DNA of 64,000 nucleotides. Source: Candidatus Eiseniibacteriota bacterium. GTDB taxonomy: Bacteria; Eisenbacteria; RBG-16-71-46. Every line of letters begins with the position of its first letter. The first letter of the stretch is position 1. Of the stretch, positions 1 to 8,955 are shown piece by piece. The DNA lies in NCBI GenBank assembly GCA_044223005.1, contig JBGAML010000023.1, forward strand, positions 1 through 64,000, read 5' to 3'. The notes below the pieces were generated by a model. It was given only the letters and a program-made list of their open reading frames with translations. It was not told the DNA's origin and made no database searches. Both the position numbers and the translations under genes were made by a program.

Positions 1-20
1 GCGGGTCCCGAGGGACCCGC
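1..20 (-). terminator. Hairpin downstream of the ppiD-like gene
   Basis: GCGGGTCCC-GA-GGGACCCGC inverted repeat; any U-tail would lie outside the window. Confidence 0.45.
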
Positions 21-44
21 GCCGTTCGTGTGTCCTGCGCGCGC

Positions 45-1871
45 TCAGTTGCCGCCGAACACGCTCCGCGTGTCGGCGATCTTGGCCTTGCCGCGCAGGG
101 CCTCGACGTAGCCGGTGAAGAACGAGCGCTGGCGGCGGGTGAGGATGTCGGTCGTGAACTGGCCGCGCAGCTGCTGGTTCGCGAGCATGCTGTCCGGCGG
201 AGCGGAGACCGACTCGACGCGGCCGAAGAGCCAGCCGGCCGGCGCGCGCACGGGACCGACGACCTGGCCCGGCTTGGCGCCCCAGAGCAGGCCCTGCAGC
301 TCCGGCGACGAGGCGAGGCGCGGATCGGGTTCGGACCGCGTGAACGACACGGGGATCGCGTTGACGCCGACCGAGGCGGCGGCCGCCTCGAGCGTCATGC
401 CCGAATGCACCGCGGCCGCGAGCTTGTCGGCGCGCGCCTTCGCGGCGTCGATCCGCTTCTCGTACTCGGCGATCGTCTGCAGCTGGTCGTTGACCTCGGC
501 CCGCGTCGGGATGCCGGCGGCATGCTGCACGGCCACCTGCGCGATCAGGAACTGGTCCGTGCCTTCGTACACCGGGCTCACGTCGCCCTGGGCGTGCGTG
601 GTGCCCCAGTCCGCGGCTTCGGGAGCGGCGTAGAGCTGCGGCGGCATGTTGTCGAGGTCGAAGAACGGCGTCTTGGTGGTCGAGAGGCCCTTCTCGGTCG
701 CCGCACGCGCCAGGCCCACGGCCTTCGCGCGCTTCTGCAGCGCGACGACGCGCTCGTACTGCTTCTGCACCGACTCCTGCGCCGGGTGGATCTTGATCAT
801 GATCTGCGCCAGCTTGACCGAGCCGGGGGGCAGGTTGCGCGCGGTGGAGTCCTGCGCGGGGCCGAGCACGCGGAAGAGCATGACGGCGTTGTTCTGGCGG
901 ATCGGCGGCAGCACGGCGCCCGGCTGGGCCGCCTGCACCGGCTGCGCCAGAGGTCCGAGCTCGCCGAGGCTGATGACGCGGTCGATGATGCCGCCCTTGT
1001 CCGAGCCGGGACCCTCGGAGTAGTCGCGCGCCAGCTGGGTGAAGTCCTCGCCCTTCTGGATGCGGCCGAAGATGCTGTTCGCGAGGTCCATCGCCGTCTT
1101 GACCTCGTCCGGCGAGTACTCGATCGGCACCGAGAGCACCTCGAGCTGCGTCCGCGCGGGCGTCGCCATGCGGGAGCGGTAGGTGTCGTAGGCCTTTTGC
1201 AGGTCGGCGTCCGTCGTCTTGAACTTGGCCGTGTCCGGCGGCACCTGCACGACGATGGCGCTCAGGCGCACCATGCGGTCGCGCATGGCCTGCTCGAGCT
1301 CGCCCTGCGACAGCTTCAGCGACGCGAGCAGGCTCTTCTGCAGCTTCATCGCCGGCACTTCGTCGCGCACGTCCTGTTCGATCCCGGACCAGTCGTTGTT
1401 CGGGTTCATCATCGCGGCGCGGTACTTGGCCGGGTCGAACTGGCCGTTCGTCTGGAACGCCGGCATGGAGAGCACGGCGGCCGGCGGATCGGACTCGAGC
1501 CGGAAGATGACGTCGTTGTCCGTCACCGATACGCCGGAGCGGCGGGCCTCCTGGGCCAGCAGCCGGGTCGAGACGAGCTTGCGCCACGCCTGCTGCTCGA
1601 CGGCGCGCAGGTCGCGGTCGACCGGGTCGGAGCCGAAGCGCTGGCGGTACGCGGCGCGCTCGGAGTCGAGCGCGGACTGCCACATCTCGCGCGTGATCTT
1701 CTCGCCGTTGACCAGCCCGAACGAGCCGCTCTGGCGGGCCGCCAGCGAGGGGTCGCGCCCCATGCTGCCGAAGAAGCTGAAGCCCAGGAGGAACGTCGCG
1801 ACGGTGGAGATGGTGACAATCCACCAGATCATCTTGGTGCGCTTGCTGCCCGAGCGCAGGTAACCCAGCAT
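45..1871 (-). CDS. SurA N-terminal domain / parvulin-type peptidyl-prolyl isomerase (PpiD-like periplasmic chaperone)
   Basis: N-terminal TM anchor (MIWWIVTISTVATFLLGF), VNGEKIT SurA_N motif, rotamase motif GEDFTQLARDYSEGPGSDKGG; start placed at ATG 1871 (MLGYLRS). Confidence 0.85.
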   Translation of the reverse strand: MLGYLRSGSKRTKMIWWIVTISTVATFLLGFSFFGSMGRDPSLAARQSGSFGLVNGEKITREMWQSALDSERAAYRQRFGSDPVDRDLRAVEQQAWRKLVSTRLLAQEARRSGVSVTDNDVIFRLESDPPAAVLSMPAFQTNGQFDPAKYRAAMMNPNNDWSGIEQDVRDEVPAMKLQKSLLASLKLSQGELEQAMRDRMVRLSAIVVQVPPDTAKFKTTDADLQKAYDTYRSRMATPARTQLEVLSVPIEYSPDEVKTAMDLANSIFGRIQKGEDFTQLARDYSEGPGSDKGGIIDRVISLGELGPLAQPVQAAQPGAVLPPIRQNNAVMLFRVLGPAQDSTARNLPPGSVKLAQIMIKIHPAQESVQKQYERVVALQKRAKAVGLARAATEKGLSTTKTPFFDLDNMPPQLYAAPEAADWGTTHAQGDVSPVYEGTDQFLIAQVAVQHAAGIPTRAEVNDQLQTIAEYEKRIDAAKARADKLAAAVHSGMTLEAAAASVGVNAIPVSFTRSEPDPRLASSPELQGLLWGAKPGQVVGPVRAPAGWLFGRVESVSAPPDSMLANQQLRGQFTTDILTRRQRSFFTGYVEALRGKAKIADTRSVFGGN

Positions 1872-2091
1872 TCGATGCTCCCCGTGGACGATGGGAAGGG
1901 GTCGGAGACGGATGGAAACAGAGGGCAAAGAGTGTAGCAGCAGGCCCTCCGGGCCGCCAGAATCATTGCAGGGCGCGGAATTCCTGTGCTACCACTGAGG
2001 CAGGAAGACGACCGCTGAGGGAACGGCGACGGGCTTCGGACGCGATGGCGGCGTCCGGCCGCCGCCCGTCACGCATCGCAAGGACGGCCAC

Positions 2092-3192
2092 GTGCGTACC
2101 GATGTCCTGAACCGACCCGCCGATCCGGAGGGCGGACCGAGGGAGCTCCCGCTCCCGGCCCTGGTGCTCGACACGCTCGAGCAGGGGGTGGTCGCGCTCG
2201 ACCGCGAGCGCCGGGTGGTGTACGCGAACCGCCGCATCGAGGAACTGCTCTCGGTCGAGGCGGGGACCCTGCTCGGGATGCCCGGCGGCCGCGTGTTCCC
2301 GGGCGCCGACGCCCGCTGGCTGAAGGGCGCGACACGCGAGGCTCGCGACTTCAAGATCGAGACCGAGGGACGCGAGCTCACGCTCAAGGCCGAGTCGCTG
2401 CCCATGCGCGACGAGGACGGCGAGCTGACCGGCTCGGTCGTGCTCGCGGACGCGATCTCCGAGACCGAGGACGGCGAGTTCCAGAAGAAGATCGACCGGC
2501 TGGTGTCGCTGGGCGAGCTGTCGGCCTACGTCGCGCACGAGATCCGCAACCCGCTCACGGGTATCCGCACGACGGTCCAGTTCGTGGCCTCCAAGTTCAA
2601 GCCGCGCGATCCGCGCCGCGAGGACCTGGACGACGTGATCCGCGAACTCGATCGCATCGAGCAGATCATCACGGGCCTGCTGCTGTTCGCGCGGCCGCCG
2701 CAGGCGCGGCCGCAGCCGTGCGACCTGCACCAGGTGCTGGGGCGCACGCTGGACCTCATGGAGGCCCAGTTGGGCGACGCCCAGGTGACGGTGGCCCGCG
2801 AGTGGTCCGAGGACCTGCCGCTCGTCTACGCCGACCCGGACCTCATGCTGCAGGTGTTCCTCAACCTGTGCCTGAACGCTGTGCAGGCGATGCCGCAGGG
2901 CGGCGAGCTCACGATCACGACGGGCGTGCGCCGCTACCGCACCCGCCGCTCGCTCGTCGACGTCTCGATCTCGGACACCGGCGTGGGGATCCCGCGCGAC
3001 CTGATGGAGAAGGTGTTCGACCCGTTCTTCACGACGCGCTCCATGGGCACGGGGCTGGGCCTGCCGATCTCGGTCCAGATCGTGCGCGACGCGGGCGGCG
3101 TCGTGACCGCCAAGAACAACGCCGGCGGCGGCGCCACCATGCGCGTCTCGCTGCCGCTCCCGGCGGAGCCGCCGGGCAAGCCGGAGGAATGA
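2092..3192 (+). CDS. Cytoplasmic PAS-domain sensor histidine kinase (NtrB/AtoS-like)
   Basis: PAS (GVVALDRERRVVYANRR), H-box AHEIRNPL, N-box QVFLNLCLNAVQAM, DTGVGI, FDPFFTT, GTGLGL; no TM segment. Confidence 0.93.
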   Translation: MRTDVLNRPADPEGGPRELPLPALVLDTLEQGVVALDRERRVVYANRRIEELLSVEAGTLLGMPGGRVFPGADARWLKGATREARDFKIETEGRELTLKAESLPMRDEDGELTGSVVLADAISETEDGEFQKKIDRLVSLGELSAYVAHEIRNPLTGIRTTVQFVASKFKPRDPRREDLDDVIRELDRIEQIITGLLLFARPPQARPQPCDLHQVLGRTLDLMEAQLGDAQVTVAREWSEDLPLVYADPDLMLQVFLNLCLNAVQAMPQGGELTITTGVRRYRTRRSLVDVSISDTGVGIPRDLMEKVFDPFFTTRSMGTGLGLPISVQIVRDAGGVVTAKNNAGGGATMRVSLPLPAEPPGKPEE

Positions 3193-3196
3193 CGCC

Positions 3197-4591
3197 GTGA
3201 AGACCTCCGTGCTCGTGGTGGACGACGAGCTCCTGATCCGGAAGTCGCTCGGCAAGGTGCTGCGTGCGCGCGGCTACACCGTGGACGTGGCGGGCAACGG
3301 GGCGGAGGGGCTCGAGAAGGTCGCGTCGCTGCGCCCGCAGGTGATGATCCTCGACATGCGGCTGCCGGACACCGACGGCCTCACGGTCCTCGGCAAGGCG
3401 CGGCGGCTCGATCCGCTGCTGCAGGTGATCATCATCACCGCCTACGGCGACGTGCAGACGGCGGTGGACGCCATGAAGCTCGGCGCCTGCGACTTCGTCC
3501 GCAAGCCGTACGAGATGGAGGACATCGTCCTCGCCGTCGAGGCGGCGGGGAAGACGTTCCGGCAGGCGTCGGAACTCGACCTCTACCGGCGCCGGGCATG
3601 GCAGCACTATTCCGGCGAGGAGATCATCGGGCAGTCCGGCCCCATGCGCGAGGTACGCGGGCTGATCGACAAGGTCGTCCGCAGCCAGGCGACGTCCGTA
3701 CTCATCACGGGCGAGTCGGGAACCGGCAAGGAACTGGTCGCCCGGGCGATTCATTACCGCAGCGACCGCGGCCAGGCCCCGCTCATGGAGGTGAACTGCT
3801 CTTCGTTCCAGGAATCGCTCCTCGAGAACGAGCTGTTCGGGCACGAGAAGGGCGCCTTCACCGACGCGACGGACACCAAGAAGGGGCTCGTGGAGCTCTG
3901 CGACGGCGGCACGCTGTTCCTGGACGAAGTCGCGGACATGCCGCTGCCGACGCAGGCCAAGCTGCTGCGGTTCATCGATCACCGCAACTTCAAGCGCGTC
4001 GGCGGCGCCCAGGACATCTCGGTCGACATCCGGATCGTGGCGGCGACCAACAAGAGCGTGGAGGAGGAGGTCCGTGCCGGCCGCTTCCGCGCCGATCTCT
4101 ACTTCCGCCTCAAGGTCGTCTCGGTCCTCCTGCCGCCGCTGCGCAACCGCGGCGACGACGTGCTGCTGCTGGCGCGCCACTTCATGCGCGAGTTCTCGCG
4201 CAAGTTCCAGAAGGGCTTCCGGGACTTCGCGCCCGACGCGATCGCCGCGCTGCGCGACTATCCGTGGCCCGGCAACGTGCGCGAGCTCCGGAACCTCGTC
4301 GAGCGCGTTGTGCTGCTGGAAGAGGGCGAACTCATCGACGCCGAGCACCTGCCGCCCGAGATGCTCGGCAAGCGCCACTCGACGGCGCCCGCGGTCGCCG
4401 CGGCCGTGCGCGATGCCTTGAGTCCGCCGACGCTCGCGCAGATCGAAGCGGAACACATCAACGACGTGCTGCGCCTCACGTCGGGAAACAAGAGCCGCGC
4501 GGCGCGCATTCTCGGCATCTCGCGCCAGGGACTCATCGAGAAGCTGCGTCGACTGCGCATCGAGGAAAGCGCTGATCGTCCAGTATCTTGA
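3197..4591 (+). CDS. Sigma54-dependent response regulator (NtrC/AtoC family, REC-AAA+-Fis HTH)
   Basis: VLVVDDE receiver, GESGTGKE Walker A, ELFGHEKGAFTDA, LFLDEV, WPGNVREL, GNKSRAARILGISR. Confidence 0.96.
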   Translation: MKTSVLVVDDELLIRKSLGKVLRARGYTVDVAGNGAEGLEKVASLRPQVMILDMRLPDTDGLTVLGKARRLDPLLQVIIITAYGDVQTAVDAMKLGACDFVRKPYEMEDIVLAVEAAGKTFRQASELDLYRRRAWQHYSGEEIIGQSGPMREVRGLIDKVVRSQATSVLITGESGTGKELVARAIHYRSDRGQAPLMEVNCSSFQESLLENELFGHEKGAFTDATDTKKGLVELCDGGTLFLDEVADMPLPTQAKLLRFIDHRNFKRVGGAQDISVDIRIVAATNKSVEEEVRAGRFRADLYFRLKVVSVLLPPLRNRGDDVLLLARHFMREFSRKFQKGFRDFAPDAIAALRDYPWPGNVRELRNLVERVVLLEEGELIDAEHLPPEMLGKRHSTAPAVAAAVRDALSPPTLAQIEAEHINDVLRLTSGNKSRAARILGISRQGLIEKLRRLRIEESADRPVS

Positions 4592-4683
4592 CACCACCAA
4601 TTAACTGGACACGTCGAGTTAAGTCGTTGCCATCAAATGATGTTGCGCGAACGCATCCGGCTAACGCGCCATTTAATTGACAC
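4578..4683. promoter_or_regulatory. Three putative upstream activator (enhancer) sites
   Basis: GTCCAGTATCTTGACAC (4578-4594), ACCAATTAACTGGACAC (4596-4612), CGCCATTTAATTGACAC (4667-4683); AT-rich in a very GC-rich background. Confidence 0.55.
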
Positions 4684-4700
4684 TTAGGACGTGAACACCG

Positions 4701-4727
4701 ACCCCTTCGGGAACACCCGGAGGGGTT
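4701..4727 (+). terminator. Hairpin, possible terminator of the two-component operon
   Basis: ACCCCTTCGGG-AACA-CCCGGAGGGGT, 11-bp stem with one G-U pair. Confidence 0.4.
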
Positions 4728-4803
4728 GCTCACATCCAGACATGCGAATCATCGTGTTGTCGCGCAATGAGTTGAGAGTCTGCGTGCTCCGGATGTCGCG
4801 CTG

Positions 4804-4820
4804 TTGGCATGGTAGCTGCT
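4804..4820 (+). promoter_or_regulatory. Sigma54 (-24/-12) promoter
   Basis: TTGGCATGGTAGCTGCT: GG at 4806-4807, GC at 4818-4819, exact 10-nt spacing. Confidence 0.8.
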
Positions 4821-4928
4821 GATATGTAATCGCGAGGCCTGCGTGGAGGTCCGAGAGACGCTCGCGCAAGCCACCGGCAAGCATTCAGAGCAAGACCACC
4901 AGCAGTATTCCGGAGGAGGTGATTCCGA

Positions 4929-4997
4929 ATGGCTGCCAAGAAGAAGGCTGCGAAGAAGAAGGCCACGAAGAAGAAGGCTGCGAAGAAGAAGAAGTAA
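4929..4997 (+). CDS. 22-aa Lys/Ala-rich basic micro-protein MAAKKKAAKKKATKKKAAKKKK (histone H1-tail-like)
   Basis: Very strong SD GGAGGAGGTGAT just upstream of ATG, TAA stop, downstream hairpin; below the ORF-track length cutoff. Confidence 0.75.
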   Translation: MAAKKKAAKKKATKKKAAKKKK

Positions 4998-5022
4998 GCA
5001 GGATTCTGGACCTGGCACGTCC

Positions 5023-5059
5023 TGAGGGCGTCGACTCACGTCGACGCCCTCATCGCTTT
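5023..5059 (+). terminator. Intrinsic terminator-like hairpin after the micro-ORF
   Basis: TGAGGGCGTCGAC-TCAC-GTCGACGCCCTCA, perfect 13-bp stem followed by TCGCTTT. Confidence 0.7.
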
Positions 5060-5123
5060 GCGCCGCGAGCGTGCCGGCGCCGCGCGTTTCGCGGGCCCCC
5101 ACGCGCCGGGTATCTTCGGGCGC

Positions 5124-5762
5124 ATGTACCTGCCCCCGGCCTACTCCGAGACTCGCCCCGACGTCCTGCACGCGCTGATCCGCGCCCACGGCTTCGCCAC
5201 GTTCGTGCTCGCGGATGCGGACGGCCTCGAGGTGAACCACCTGCCCTGCGTCCTGCACGATGAGCGCGGCGAACCGGCGCGGCTGCGCGCGCACGTCTCC
5301 CGCGCGAACCCGATCGTGACGCGCGCGGGCGCGGCCACGGCCGCAGTCGCGATCTTCCAGGGGCCGGAGGGCTACGTTTCCCCGTCGTGGTACGCCACCA
5401 AGGCGGAGACGCACCGCGTGGTCCCGACGTGGAATTACGCCGTCGTCCACGCGCACGGCCGGGTCGATCTGCATCCGGACGCCGGATGGCTGGCGGCGCA
5501 CGTGCGTGCGCTCACGGAGCGGCACGAGGCGCGGCGCCCGCGGCCGTGGACGGTCGACGAGGCGCCGGCGGACTACCTCGCATCGCAGCTGCGCGGCATC
5601 GTCGGGATCGAACTGGTCATCGAACGGCTCGAAGGCAAGTGGAAGCTGGGCCAGAATCGCTCCGCGGCCGACCGGCGGGGTATGCTGGCCGGGCTCGAAG
5701 CGCAGGGCGACGCGGCCTCGCTCGCCCTGGCCGAGTTCGTGCGCCGCAGCCTCGAGGGCTGA
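5124..5762 (+). CDS. FMN-binding negative transcriptional regulator (PaiB family)
   Basis: MYLPPAY start, HVSRANP, FQGPEGYVSPSWY, VPTWNY, KWKLGQNR. Confidence 0.9.
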   Translation: MYLPPAYSETRPDVLHALIRAHGFATFVLADADGLEVNHLPCVLHDERGEPARLRAHVSRANPIVTRAGAATAAVAIFQGPEGYVSPSWYATKAETHRVVPTWNYAVVHAHGRVDLHPDAGWLAAHVRALTERHEARRPRPWTVDEAPADYLASQLRGIVGIELVIERLEGKWKLGQNRSAADRRGMLAGLEAQGDAASLALAEFVRRSLEG

Positions 5763-5799
5763 CGCCGGCCACCCACCTTCGCGACCGGACCTCCCCAAC

Positions 5800-8586
5800 G
5801 TGACTTCCCGACCCGAAGCCCCCGCAGTGATCCGTGTCCGCGGCGCCCGCCAGCACAACCTGCGCGACGTCGACGTGGATTTCCCGCGCGGCCAGCTGAC
5901 GGTGATCACGGGCGTCTCGGGGTCCGGCAAGTCGTCGCTGGCATTCGACACGCTCTACGCCGAGGGCCAGCGACGCTTCGTCGAGTCGGTCTCGACCTAC
6001 GCCAAGCAGTTCCTCGACCGCCTGCCGCGCCCGGACGTGGACCAGATCACGGGCCTGACGCCTGCGGTGAGCATCCAGCAGGTGGCGCCGGCGCGCAGCG
6101 CGCGCTCCACCGTGGGCACGGCGACCGAGATCCACGACTACCTGCGGCTGCTTTTCGCACGCGTGGGTACGGTGCACTGCGGCCAGTGCGGCGAGCCGAT
6201 CGTCGCCGACTCGCCCCGCTCGATCGCCGACGGGGCGGCCGCGTGGCCCGAGGACGCGCGCGTCGTGGTGCTGGCGCCACTGGCGCTCTCGGCCCGGCTC
6301 GGCTGGGAGGAGCAGGCTGGCCACCTGCAGAAGGCGGGCTGGACGCGCGTGCGGATCGGCTCCGAGATCGTGGACCTGGACCCGCTGCCGAAGCTGCCGA
6401 AGGGCACGAAGTCGATCGGCATCGTGATCGACCGCTTCCGCTGGCGGCCGGACGAGGCCGCGCGGCTGGTCGAGGCGTGCGAACAGGCGTTCCGCCGCGG
6501 CGAGGGCCGGCTCGAGCTGCTGGTCGGCGACGCCGCGCCACGCCGCTGCAGCGAGCGCTGGGAGTGCTCGTCCTGCGGCGCGACCGCGATCGCGCCGGAG
6601 CCGGCGCTCTTCTCGTTCAACAGCCCGCTCGGCGTCTGCCCGGAGTGCAAGGGTTTCGGCGACGTGCTGGCGTTCGACCCCGCGCGCATCGTGCCCGACC
6701 ACGAGAAGACGCTGCGCGAGGGCGCCGTGGCGCCGTGGGCGGGCTCGTGGAAGACCGTCGCGTGGCCGCGGCTGCAGAAGCTCGCCGACGAGCGGGGCGT
6801 GCCACTCGACACGCCGTGGAAGAAGCTCTCCGCCGCGCACCGCACGCTGGTGATGGAGGGCGACAAGACTTTCCGCGGCGCGATCCCGTTCCTCGAGCGA
6901 CTGCAGCAGAAGTCGTACAAGGCGGGCAACCGGTTCGTCGTCAAGCGCTACCAGGTGCCGCGCCCGTGCGCGACCTGCGGCGGCGCGCGGCTGCGGCCCG
7001 AGGCGCTGCGCGTGACGCTCGGCGGCCGCAGCATCGCGCAGATGCTCGCGCTCACGGTGAGCGATGCGCTCGCGTTTCTCGGGGGCCTCGCGCTCGGCGA
7101 GCGCCAGCAGGCGATCGCGGGGCACGCGCTCGCCGAGGTGTTCGCGCGCCTGCGGTTCCTCGAGCGCGTGGACCTGGGCTACCTGACGCTCGACCGGCTG
7201 ACGCGCACGCTCTCGGGCGGCGAGGCGCAGCGGATCGAGCTCGCCAACGCGCTCGGTGCCAACCTCGCCGACACGCTCTACGTGCTCGACGAGCCGACGG
7301 TGGGCCTGCACCCGCGTGACACGGACCGGCTGATCGGCATCCTGCACGAGCTCTCGGCGCGCGGGAACACGCTGGTGGTGGTCGAGCACGAGCCGATGGT
7401 GATCCGCGCCGCGGAGCACCTCGTCGACCTCGGGCCCGGTGCGGGCGAGCACGGTGGGCGGCTGCTCTACGCCGGTCCCGCCGCAGGCGCGATCGGGGCG
7501 CCGGATTCGGTGACGGGCCCGTGGCTCGCGGGCACGCGCCGGATCACGCGCGAGCGGATCGGCGGCAAGCCGAAGGGCTTCCTCGTGGTCGAAGGCGCGA
7601 CGCAGCACAACCTGAAGGACGTCACCGTGCGCGTGCCGCTCGGGCGCATGACCGCGGTGACGGGTGTCTCGGGCTCGGGCAAGAGCACGCTGGTGGAGGA
7701 CGTGCTGACTCGCGCCGCGCGCCTCGCGCTGGAAGGCCTCGAGGAGGAGCCGGTCGGCGCGCATCGCGCGGTGCGCGGGCTCGAACAGCTCAAGCGTGTC
7801 GTGCTCGTGGACCAGTCGCCGATCGGTCGCACGCCGCGCTCGTGCCCGGTGACGTACATGGGCGGTTACGCGGCGCTGCGCGAGACGTTCGCGCGCCAGC
7901 CGGCGGCGCTCGCGCGCGGTTGGAAGGACGGCGCGTTCTCGTTCAACACGCCCGGCGGGCGCTGCGACCACTGCGAGGGCGCGGGCTGGGTGCAGGTGGA
8001 GATGTACTTCCTCGCCGACCTCACCGTGCCGTGCGAGGTGTGCGGGGGAGATCGCTTCAAGCGCGAGGTGCTCGAGGTCCGCTACCGCGGCAAGAACATC
8101 AAGGAAGTGCTCGACATGACGGTGGACGAAGCGTTTGAGCATTTCGCGAGCGAGCCCAAGTTCACGCGTTCCCTCCACCTGCTGCGGCGCGTGGGGCTCG
8201 GCTACCTGCGGCTCGGGCAGCCGGCGAACCAGCTCTCGGGCGGCGAGGCGCAGCGGCTGAAGGTCGCGCGCGAGTTGTCCGAGCGCGGCGTGGGACCGAC
8301 GCTCTACGTGCTCGACGAGCCGACCGTGGGCCTGCACTGGGCCGACGTGCAGCGCCTGCTGGAGACGCTGGACGACCTGACGGGCCGCGGCGACACCGTG
8401 CTGCTGGTCGAGCACAACCTGGACGTCATCCGGAACTGCGACTGGGTCGTCGACCTGGGGCCTGGTGGCGGGGCGGCCGGCGGGAACCTCCTCGCCGAGG
8501 GCCCGCCGGAGACGATCGCGGCCTGCGACGCGTCGCACACGGGCGCGTTCCTGCGCGCGATGGAACACGAGGGCGCGGCGCGCTGA
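5800..8586 (+). CDS. uvrA: Excinuclease ABC subunit A (probably a second, UvrA2-type paralogue)
   Basis: GARQHNL, two Walker A motifs TGVSGSGKS, LSGGEAQR twice, Zn fingers, FSFNSP; GTG start at 5800 inferred. Confidence 0.92.
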   Translation: MTSRPEAPAVIRVRGARQHNLRDVDVDFPRGQLTVITGVSGSGKSSLAFDTLYAEGQRRFVESVSTYAKQFLDRLPRPDVDQITGLTPAVSIQQVAPARSARSTVGTATEIHDYLRLLFARVGTVHCGQCGEPIVADSPRSIADGAAAWPEDARVVVLAPLALSARLGWEEQAGHLQKAGWTRVRIGSEIVDLDPLPKLPKGTKSIGIVIDRFRWRPDEAARLVEACEQAFRRGEGRLELLVGDAAPRRCSERWECSSCGATAIAPEPALFSFNSPLGVCPECKGFGDVLAFDPARIVPDHEKTLREGAVAPWAGSWKTVAWPRLQKLADERGVPLDTPWKKLSAAHRTLVMEGDKTFRGAIPFLERLQQKSYKAGNRFVVKRYQVPRPCATCGGARLRPEALRVTLGGRSIAQMLALTVSDALAFLGGLALGERQQAIAGHALAEVFARLRFLERVDLGYLTLDRLTRTLSGGEAQRIELANALGANLADTLYVLDEPTVGLHPRDTDRLIGILHELSARGNTLVVVEHEPMVIRAAEHLVDLGPGAGEHGGRLLYAGPAAGAIGAPDSVTGPWLAGTRRITRERIGGKPKGFLVVEGATQHNLKDVTVRVPLGRMTAVTGVSGSGKSTLVEDVLTRAARLALEGLEEEPVGAHRAVRGLEQLKRVVLVDQSPIGRTPRSCPVTYMGGYAALRETFARQPAALARGWKDGAFSFNTPGGRCDHCEGAGWVQVEMYFLADLTVPCEVCGGDRFKREVLEVRYRGKNIKEVLDMTVDEAFEHFASEPKFTRSLHLLRRVGLGYLRLGQPANQLSGGEAQRLKVARELSERGVGPTLYVLDEPTVGLHWADVQRLLETLDDLTGRGDTVLLVEHNLDVIRNCDWVVDLGPGGGAAGGNLLAEGPPETIAACDASHTGAFLRAMEHEGAAR

Positions 8587-8609
8587 CGCGCCGCGACGGG
8601 GGAGGCCGC

Positions 8610-8906
8610 ATGCTGTTCATGGTCCGCTTCACCGATCGACCCGACCGGCTCGACGTGCGCCAGGCGCACGGCGAGGCGCACCTGGCCTGGCTCGCGCAGC
8701 AGGCGGGCGTGATCCGGCTGGGCGGCCCGCTGCGGCCGCGCGAGGACGCCTCGCCCGTGGGAGCGATGTGGCTGGTCGAGGCGCCGAGTGCCGAAGCGAT
8801 CGAAGCGATGATCGAGACGGATCCGTTCTGGATCCACGGCCTGCGCGCCGGCGTCGAGATCCTGCACTGGCGCAAGGCCGTGCCCGCGGAGCCCGCGACG
8901 TTCTGA
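8610..8906 (+). CDS. YciI family protein
   Basis: R...HLAWL, GGPL, DPF motifs; SD GGAGG. Confidence 0.85.
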   Translation: MLFMVRFTDRPDRLDVRQAHGEAHLAWLAQQAGVIRLGGPLRPREDASPVGAMWLVEAPSAEAIEAMIETDPFWIHGLRAGVEILHWRKAVPAEPATF

Positions 8907-8955
8907 GGCGCGGCCGCGGCTGGACAGCCGTGGCCCCCGCGCCGAGACTCCGTGC

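Noticed and set aside
5012..5027. Second sigma54 site (TGGCAC)
   Set aside because: No GC at the -12 position.
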